Shown here: in pieces, positions 55,239-64,000 of the stretch
Position numbering within the stretch: position 1 is the stretch's first letter
How the letters are laid out: the number at the start of each line of letters is the position of its first letter
NCBI GenBank assembly: GCA_907165135.1
Contig: OU015567.1
Coordinates: forward strand, 3,162,001-3,226,000
DNA length: 64,000 bases
Reading direction: 5' to 3'
Source: Oikopleura dioica
Taxonomy: Eukaryota > Animalia > Chordata
Made by a program: the position numbers and the translations under genes
The notes under the pieces: generated by a model
The model's input: the letters and a program-made list of their open reading frames with translations, nothing else
The model's database searches: none
What the model was told of the DNA's origin: nothing

Positions 55239-56991
55239 ATGAGGTTTTCTACCGTCATCGTTCTTCTTTCCGGATTTTCAAGAGCTCAAGAGATAAATAA
55301 AAATCTAGAGGAAATGTACAGTATCAAAACGTTGCCACACAGTAGAGAAGAAATAACAGCTGATCCGGTGTCAAATAGTTTCATCGCTCTTGGAGAAAAT
55401 CCGAAATTTAGTGCAAGATTTGGAAATAAGGCACTTTACGGGCCCAATAATCAAGGAGGAAATCAGAATTATCCGAGTATGAGCATAACTAGCTCGCATC
55501 AGAGTTCACAGCATCAGGGGACACAGTATTCTCCAACGACGAGTTCGGGATCTGGATCCAGTCAGGTGTCGCAGTATGGTCCGAGTTTTGGGTCTCCTTC
55601 TCAGCCAGCTCAGATTGGGTTAAATTTTCAACATAATTTTTATCTAAAGTTTATTATCTAACCCTTTAATCAGCCATCAAGTCCATCCAATATGTACTCC
55701 TCTGGCTCCTCTTCAAGCAGCAACAACTTCCTATCTCAAAACTCATACAACCCCGGAAGTGTGTTTAGCAGCTCAAACTCGATATCGTCCAATCTTAACA
55801 TGATCGAGTCAATGCTAGAGTATCATTTTTCAATGAACAATCTGGTTCAATACAGCGTCGATGAAATATTGAACTACGGATGCTGGTGTCAGCTGGAGAA
55901 CCCGGATCTGTATCAATATCACAAGGGGCCACCGGTGGATAACATTGATAGAAAATGCCAGAATAGGAAGAGGTGCCATAAATGCATCACAATGGGTAGG
56001 GGATATTTTTGCTGACAAAAAATTAATAAGAAATTTCATTCAAATTAAACTGTTTAATCAAATCATCAAATTATCTATTCAGACACGGAGGGGACATGTG
56101 ACCCGTCTTCCCAAGTCTACCAAGCGCACTATGACATTACTGGCAAGAAATTTGTTTGTCAATCAACTGGCAACGAGTGCGTTGATAACACATGTCAATG
56201 TGATGTCGATTTCGTTAACTCACTCATTTTCTCGCTCCATGAAATGAACAACTATTATGTGAACTCGTATGGTTGGAACCCCGCCGAGCAGTGTCACGCG
56301 AATCCTTTTGCCAGGTTACTTGTTAACGTAAATCAGCATATTATTTTTTCAAAAGAGGTGCTGCCGATAATTGCTGCGGAACTTATCCGAAGCGATACCC
56401 TTACTTCTCCGATTCCGGCGCAAGATCCTGTTGTAATGGAAAGGTTTTTTCAACATCGACAAATGAGTGCTGCGGGGAAACCTTAGTTGGCCTTGGCGGC
56501 TGCGCTCCTACAGTTCCCCCGACTGAGCCTCCATGGTAACATAAAATACGCATTATTATTCAAGTTGACATATTATAAGCCCATGTGAAAATGGCGGGAC
56601 ATGCGTGACGACAGAGACGGGTACGGTCTGTGACTGTCTCGCAGGATACAGTGGCTCGCTGTGTGAATGGTCATCTTGCCAACCAGATCCTTGCGGTGAT
56701 CATGGATCATGTCTAGACACATCTTCAACTGGTTTGCTAACTCTCATCAGCTGGCTTTAATTCTTTTTATTCAGTATCGCCAGGGAGCTATGAATGTGTT
56801 TGTGACCCATGCTGGTACGGCACTCATTGTGGAAATTTTCCAGATATGAATATCGTCGAATGCAGAAAATTGTCTCAATTATTTTATTATTGTATATTTG
56901 ATTTTGCAATTTTGAAACATGATAAAGACCGACAACAACCACAACCACTACAACTACAACAACCACCACAACGACTACAACGACAACAACT

Positions 56992-57041
<50 letters not shown>

Positions 57042-57114
57042 GACAACAACGACTACGACGACTACGACGACGACAACAACCACCACCACCACCACAACAA
57101 CAACAACCACAACG

Positions 57115-57147
<33 letters not shown>

Positions 57148-58194
57148 ACAACGACTACAACAACAACAACAACAACGACGACCACAACAACTCCCGATCC
57201 ATGCCCTGTCAGCCCAGACCCATGCAACGCAGGTGATTGTATCGCTGATGGAAACACTTACGATTGCATCTGCCCTCCTGGTTTTCAGGTTCACAGCCAT
57301 TTTTTCTCGTTCTTTTAGTCAGCAATATTTCAAGGGAGAGCATTGTGATCGAGTCTGTGTTCTAACCAACAACCGTTTGGACATTTCCATCGTCATCGAC
57401 ACTTCTGGTTCTCGAGTCTCCGAGGAAGCTGGAATTCGGGAGCTGATTCAGGTTAGTAATGTTTTTTTCAGTGATCGTAAATGCGCATTCAAGTATCTTG
57501 TTGATAATTTCGACACGCAAACCGCAGTTAAATTCTCCATCGTCGACGTCGGTGACAGCCGAAACAATCAACTCAGCGTATCATTAGGTACGGAGAATAA
57601 TTAAAAATGATGGAATGGGGAAAACTGGTCTAAAAAAGAGTCGATAGAGAAGTCTTGAATAAATGATTCTTTCAGGCCCCGCAAGTTTTAATACGAACAG
57701 TGCAATAATGAATGCCTACGATAACAACTTGGATTGGTACGAACAAACTACTGCTATAGGCGGCGGAATGACTCTTGGCGCACAACAACTGGACACGAAT
57801 GATGCGGTTCCAGACGCAATGATTGTTATTACTGATGGCTGGGATGGAGATCTTGCGGGTGATAATTCTAAACCAAGACCTAAAATTAAGATTTCTAGCG
57901 TTGCAATCATCGGCGGGCGCAATCAGCGCCTCTGGAATAACAACTCTCGCTGTTGGCTACGATCCAAGTGGTTTCGTCTCGGTTTGAAAGAAAAAACAAT
58001 TTCATATTGATCAATTCAATTATTTTTAGTCAAGTACTCTAGAAGACATCGCCGCTGGAAATACTCAGAATGTATTTACAGCCATTGACCAATCGACCTT
58101 GGACGCTCTTAAAACTCAGATGTTTGACGCACTGTGCGGAGTTACTAGCAGAAGGAACGGGGCTAGACCTGCGTCAAAAGTTATGAATGATTGA
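55239..58194 (+). CDS. Secreted modular protein: Ser-rich region, PLA2-like domain, EGF repeats, long poly-Thr stalk, EGF, VWA domain
   Basis: Signal peptide MRFSTVIVLLSGFSRA; NYGCWC...PVDNIDRKC...CHKC...CQCD; EGF CxPDPCGDHGSC and CQPRPMQ-type exons; VWA start LDISIVIDTSGS and MIVITDG. Exon joins and the stop are approximate. Confidence 0.72.
56930..57195 (+). repeat. (ACN)n trinucleotide tract encoding ~88 near-consecutive Thr, with a pure (ACT)n core
   Basis: Read directly; it explains the poly-V, poly-Q, poly-N/Y and poly-C ORF artefacts in other frames. Confidence 0.9.
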
Positions 58195-60239
58195 TTTCTT
58201 CTAGTCCGGGAAAAGAATGATTAGCGATTGGTCGCCAAGGCCGATTATAAACATGTTCGTCTGGCAAGCGGCGAGTAAGTACAAAAACAAGTTCAACACT
58301 CTACCGTCCTGGGTGCCCGGATATTCGGCTTGGAAGGCTGGCGAAAAATTCCCTTTTATCTATGAGCGAGAATGAAGAGTTCAAAAGTGAAGAAAAATTA
58401 TGTACAGTTATGTTTTATTCAAAAAATTCAATAAAGCCAAGGACCCAATAAATTTTACATTTTGTACAGAAATCGAGAAAAATTGTGGAAGAATTACTTT
58501 TGGTTGAGTTTTGTTCATGTTTTTTTTTTTCAGGAAGCTTCAACTTGAATCTCCTTGAAAGTTGATTTGTTGACTTGATCACTGCATTGTTGTCTTTTCA
58601 TGGATCTCTCTCGAAAAATAATTAATTCAAAGTTTCGAAAGGTTAGCTCAAATCATGTTTGTTGTCGCTTTAATTTTTAATGGACCAAAATAGATCTCAA
58701 GAATTAGACCAAGGACAATTTCGGTAATTTCCGGAAAAGAGCGGACCCGTGACATAACGGGTTTTTTCTTGAACTCCAATGGTATCGAACTTCGTGGGTA
58801 CTCGACGGTTGACTGTACAATTGATCTTGTAGTGCCCACTTTTGCCACCAGAAGACCGGTTGTATCTGCTAGTGAGAACTTTCCAGAAGAGCCTTGCCTC
58901 GAGTGGTGAGGTCTTTTATCGGTCAAAAATGATCTTGCCAGAAAAAAATGAAAGAATTTACAAGTTAAGCCGCTTTCCTTGAGGCTGTCGGGGTTGAGTA
59001 ATCACTGACGTAGTAATAATTCGATGTTCCATAGGGATTCCTTCTTTCAGAAGAGTGCAGAAGTTGTGAGTTACAGTTGGACCGGCCTTTTACTGAGTGA
59101 CCCGCGCTAAAATATTTTGGTGAACTCATGCATATCCTCCTTGATTTCGCCTCTTTGAGTCATTTTTTTAATCTCTTGAGGTCAAATAAGAGCACATACT
59201 AATTACCTTGAATGATTAGCGGTCTCATTATAGATCAAATTATCGCAGGAAGAGTACAGTTTGGTCGTCGGCTGGGACGATTGTGCCACACGATCAAATA
59301 TTTTGTAGATCAGAAAAATGAAGGAAACCAAAAAGCAAAGTCCACACCTAAAAGCGAATTTTAAAGAACGCGATCTGTCTACTTGACAAAATTGAAAATG
59401 CAAAAGTGTCTCAAGTGGAACACAAACGGACGAAGGAGTATCGTGCCTTTCTGGCTTACTTGAACGGGGCTTTTACAGGGCATTTAGAAGATGAGCTTCT
59501 TCAAAGATCAAGTGTTCATTTGACGCACTAAGAGCTCTTTTCAAGATGAATGGAAATGCATTTTCCGCCGTTCTTAGTTTCGCTCTCGATGAATATTAAG
59601 AAGATCAAATTGCTAGTACCGTTAAAATTTGATCCCAAAAAAGGGTTTTATCGTAAAAAGTCGACTGAAAATCAACATAGATAATTTTCAAAAAGGCCCA
59701 CTTACCATGCAAAAAGACCTTTTTTGTCTGAAAAAGTCTTGAAATGATCCAGCGGTTCTCCATGTATGTCACTTCTCCTAATCGGCATGTTAGAATTTTA
59801 AAAATATAAAGATGATTTCCATCCTTCTTTCTCTCTGAATTGGGGAGATGCAGGCATATCGCATTATGAATATTCCACCAGAAGACTCGGTTTATACGAT
59901 ATTACGGGTAATTTGACAGTAATGGATTCCTAAGGGACGTGCTTTACCTGACCGCTCTTGCTTTTATGCACATTTTCTTATCTGATAATCTCTTTTAGAC
60001 TCTCTTTTCTTTTTTGATAAAAACCTTTTTTCGAAATAAATAAAAGTTGCATATGATTTTTGGGGGTTACTCTCTAGCGCCACCTTTGTTACTTTTATCT
60101 CAACGTCAACCCAAATAATGCTGAATAATTTACTGCAACTTGAATCATGGAGTTCTTTGAAATGGCGAAAACTAACGTTTGCGACTTATTTTTGATAATT
60201 TATAATTTTTCTTGCTCTGTGAACTTGTCAGTCAGATTT

Positions 60240-60806
60240 TTAAGATGATAGTTGAAAAGCACCAATTGCAAAGTTCAAAATACTGATAAGCAGAGTGATG
60301 CACATCTCAGCCTTGAGCCACTTTTTTCCAAGCTTTGCTACAGCTGGGATTTTCGAGGAGAAATCCCCGACGAGTGGAATTCCTCGTTGTTTTCCAACAG
60401 ATATGAGCCCGTAGAGAAGCTGTAGAACCAATGACACTATTGTAATAGTACTTTTTGGAAATACAAAACTTACAAATAACGATCACCAACGGAATGTAGA
60501 GAATAGATCTGATGCATTGGTTCGGGTTACGCGACTTCGAGCTCAAGAATTTCGAGCAATCGAGAGAGCTTCGATTCTGGCTAAAGCACTCCCGTTCGCA
60601 AAAATCCCGCTGTTTCAATAGATCACTAAATGTGTAATAGAACTAAAACCGATATCTCGAGACCTGAGATATTTTGAGCTGGAGACGAAAAGAGCAGAGT
60701 TGACGGCTTGCCCAGCCGCTCTGGAAGTAATTCCTTCCCTCTTTGCGATTTCTTCTAGGTTTTTCGACTCCTTGCTCAACAAATCGCTCTTGCCTGGTAT
60801 GCTCAT
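60240..60806 (-). CDS. Small orphan membrane protein, copy 1 (about 3 exons)
   Basis: ORFs 60615-60806, 60307-60618 and 60240-60437 are conserved with the second copy and carry hydrophobic helices. Confidence 0.5.
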
Positions 60807-61083
60807 TCTCTCTTCCTTACGGGGTTCAAAGTGAAAATCAAGTCTATGCTTAGTCGTAAAAGTCTAATTCTAATATGCTAACGTTTCTTGAGAATTCTTC
60901 CTGGTAATTTTATTGGTTTATGATCAAAGAAGACTTTTATTATAATGGATGCCTTTTTTAAGGCAAAATTCAAAAAGATTTTCAGATGGAAGTTCAGAAT
61001 GAAGAGCAAAGCGATGCAAGTATCAATTTACATCTCATTTTTCATATTTTATTCTATCTGGCTTGAAGTCATTGTTGGTTTCC

Positions 61084-61849
61084 TTAAAAAATCATTTGAG
61101 CAATTGAAAACTTTCTCTTGTAAGAACTTACTTCATATCTTTCAACCTCCGTGATGACACCGACAGCGACGGTCTGTTTCATATCTATGACGGCGAATCT
61201 TCCTAAGCCTGGATAATCCTTAAAGGGCTCAACACAAACTGGCTCAGTTGGAACAATCTGGACAAGAGCAGTATCACCGTTTCGTAACATCTCAGGAGAG
61301 TCCTCAAGCGATTTTTTGACCTTTTTGTCTATTTTCGCTATGAGTTTTGTGAACTTAAACTTGTGATGAAAGAATCGTACGACGGGATGGTTACCTTGCA
61401 TGTTATGTTCTGATTGTTACATTGTAATCTTGGGGAGTAGCCGCTAGTGATACGAGATGGGTGGTTGAAGACCGTAATTTCAGCTCTAAAAGTCTTCGCC
61501 TCCTTGGCAGGGTAGTTGGAGTCAGATACAATGTTACCGCTTTGAATTTCCTTGATGGAGACGAAACCTTCTGAAGGCTTCGTTGATACTCTCATCTCTG
61601 TATCTTTGAGGGTGAATCCAACAATGTCACCGATAGAGGCTTCAGAAACCTGTCTGGAAGACATTGGCTCGGGCCAAGAGCCCCAATTTATCAATTTTAT
61701 CGATTTAACTTCTCCATTGAGCTTGAGGGGAGAGAAGGACACTTCCATACCAACCCTGATGACACCTGTCTCCACTCGACCAGTTATATGTAATTGACCA
61801 TTGAGATACAAAAAGTCATTGACAGGAAGTCGTAGTGGCTTAGGGAGGG
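61084..61849 (-). pseudogene. eEF1A-like domains II-III without the GTPase domain (5'-truncated duplicate)
   Basis: KPLRLPV...GRVETGVIRVG...GDIVGF...FNHPSRITSGYSPRLQC...CK|FTKLIAKID...GDTALV...[18 protein letters not shown]. Similarity begins at the duplication junction. Confidence 0.75.
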
Positions 61850-62858
61850 AAATTATCGCAGGAAGAGTACAGTTTTGTCGTTGGCTGGGACGATTGTGCC
61901 ACACGATCGAATATTTTGTAGATCAGAAAAATGAAGGAAACCAAAAAGCAAAGTCCACACCTAAAAGCGAATTTTAAAGAATGCGATCTGTCTACTTGAC
62001 GAAATTGAAAATGCAAAAGTGTCTCAAGTGGAACACAAACGGACGAAGGAGTATCGTGCCTCTCTGGCTTACTAGAACGGGGCTTTTACAGGGCATTTAG
62101 AAGATGAGCTTCTTCAAAGATCAAGTCTTCATTTGACACACTAAGAGCTCTTTTCAAGATGAATGGAAATGAATTTTCCGCCGTTCTTAGTTTCGCTCTC
62201 GATGAATATTAAGAAGATCAAATTGCTAGTACCGTTAAAATTTGATCCCCAAAAAAGGGTTTTATCGTAAAAAGTCGACTGAAAACTCAACATAGATAAT
62301 TTTCAAAAATTTTCACTTACCATGCAAAAAGACCTTTTTTGTCTGAAAAAGTCTTGAAATGATCCAGTGGTTCTCCATGTATGTCGCTTCTCCTAATCGG
62401 CATGTTAGAATTTTTAAAATATCAAGACGATTTCCATCCTTCTTTCTCTCTGAATTGGGGAGATGCAGGCATATTGCATTATGAATATTCCACCAGAAGA
62501 CTCGGTTTATACGATATTACGGGTAATTTGACAGTAATGGATTCCTAAGGGACGTGCTTTACCTGACCGCTCTTGCTTTTATGCACATTTTCTTATCTGA
62601 TTATCTATTTTAGACTCTATTCTCTCTTTTGATAAAAACCTTTTTTCGAAATAAATAAAAGTTGCATATGATTTTTGGGGGTTACTCTCTAGCGCCACCT
62701 TTGTTACTTTTATCTCAACGTCAACCCAAATAATGCTGAATAATTCACTGCAACTTGAATCATGGAACTCTTTGAAATGGCGAAAACGACAGAAAGATTG
62801 AGACTTATTTTTGATATTTTTATTTTTTTTTTGTATTGTGAACTTTTCAGTCAGCGTT

Positions 62859-63460
62859 TTAAGACGAAAGTTGAAAAGCACCAATCGCAAAGTTAAAAAT
62901 GCTGATAAGCAGAGTGATGCACATCTCAGCCTTCAGCCACTTTTTCCCGAGCTTAGCTACAGCTGGGATTTTCGAGGAGAAATCCCCGACCAATGGAATT
63001 CCTCGTTGTTTTCCGACCGAGATGAGCCCGTAGACTAGCTGCAGAATCAATGACACTATTGACTTTATTGTTTAACTTTTTTGGAATAAAATTCTTACAA
63101 ACAACGATTGCCAACGGAATGTAGAGAATAGATTCGATGCATTGGTTCGGGTTGCGCGACTTTGAGCTCAAGAATTTCGAGCAATCGAGAGAGCTGCGAT
63201 TCTGGCTAAAGCACTCACGCTCGCAAAAATCCCGCTGTTTTAAGAGATCACTAAATGACATTTAGGAAATGTGTTACTAATGTAAATGTTAATAGAACTA
63301 AAAAAATTTTTCGAGACCTGAGATATTTTGAGCTAGAGACGAAAAGAGCAGAGTTGACGGCTTGCCCAGCTGCTCTGGAAGTGACTCCTTCCCTCTTTGC
63401 GATTTCTTCAAGGTTTTTTGAATCTTTGCTCAACAAAGCGCTCTTCCCTGCTATGCTCAT
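62859..63460 (-). CDS. Small orphan membrane protein, copy 2
   Basis: Paralogous to 60240-60806. Confidence 0.5.
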
Positions 63461-63731
63461 TATCTCTTCCTTGGGTAGTTCAAAGTGAAAATCAAATCTT
63501 TTGCCAGTCGTAAAAATCCAATTTTAATATCCTTATTCTTCTTTTCTTGAGATTTCTTCCCGAGAATTTAATTGCTTTATTATCAAAGAAGACTTTTATT
63601 AGAATTGATGCATTTTAATTGAGCAAACTCAAGAGGATTTTCAGATGAAAGTTGGTTAACAAAGATTACCACAAGTTATATTTTTAGTTTGAAATTATGA
63701 AGAGCAAAGCGGTCGCATCTCGATTTACATC

Positions 63732-64000
63732 TCATTTTTCATTCTTTATTTTTTCCGACTTGTAGTCATTGTCGGTTTCCTTTTCTTCATATTTTTCAAC
63801 CTCCATGATGACACCGACGCCAACGGTCTGTTTCATAACTATATCTGTAATGGCGAATCTTCCTAAGCCTGGATAATCCTTGAAGGGCTCAACACAAACT
63901 GGCTCAGTTGGAGTAATCTCGACAAGAGCAAAATCACCGCTTCGTAGCATTTCAGGATAGTTCTCAAGCGATTTATCTGACCTTTTATCTTTTTTCGCTA
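63732..64000 (-). CDS. C-terminal domain III of a divergent eEF1A-like protein (runs off the window)
   Basis: [36 protein letters not shown]...QTVGVGVI. Confidence 0.8.
   Translation of the reverse strand, partial: AKKDKRSDKSLENYPEMLRSGDFALVEITPTEPVCVEPFKDYPGLGRFAITDIVMKQTVGVGVIMEVEKYEEKETDNDYKSEKIKNEK

Larger units (their letters stand above)
59237..64000. repeat. Tandem segmental duplication, period ~2.6 kb (59237-61849 versus 61850 to beyond the window end)
   Basis: AAATTATCGCAGGAAGAGTACAG begins at both 59237 and 61850. Paired ORFs lie at 60240/62859, 60615/63251 and 61084/63732. Confidence 0.9.

Noticed and set aside
56757-57300. Poly-Val, poly-Gln, poly-Asn/Tyr and poly-Cys ORFs
   Set aside because: These are alternative-frame readings of one (ACN)n poly-Thr tract.
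61900-62050. F-box-like reading (VWTLLFGFLHFSDLQNIRSC) upstream of the eEF1A-like domains
   Set aside because: That frame hits TAA before the junction and has TGA in the paralogous copy, while a different frame is open in the 59.2-59.4 kb copy.

Overview
Eukaryotic, AT-rich and gene-dense DNA with many 35-50 nt introns and at least one apparent GA-AG intron. Together with the gene families and a Tor-like Ty3/gypsy element, this points to the appendicularian tunicate Oikopleura dioica (inference, not verified). Left to right: a Tbx2/3 gene; three tandem secreted CAP/SCP genes; WDHD1/CTF4; a 549-bp foldback element with a 9-bp TSD; a large mitochondrial-type protein; a DCST1/2 gene; a GH18 chitinase with CBM14; an intron-containing homologue of the mainly bacterial DUF3050 family, convergent with SPEF2; two copies of an orphan membrane gene; and a mucin-like secreted protein with CBM2-like modules. 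Next is a rearranged block (42.6-55 kb) holding a segmental duplication, a broken TTAA-targeting DDE transposon, MITEs and a recent LTR retrotransposon. That element shows a -1 frameshift/pseudoknot signal, a CCCH finger hidden in an alternative gag frame, and covarying leader hairpins. The window ends with a PLA2-like/EGF/Thr-rich/VWA gene and a ~2.6-kb tandem duplication carrying eEF1A-like domains II-III. All exon structures and family assignments were made by eye from recalled motifs; no database search was run.
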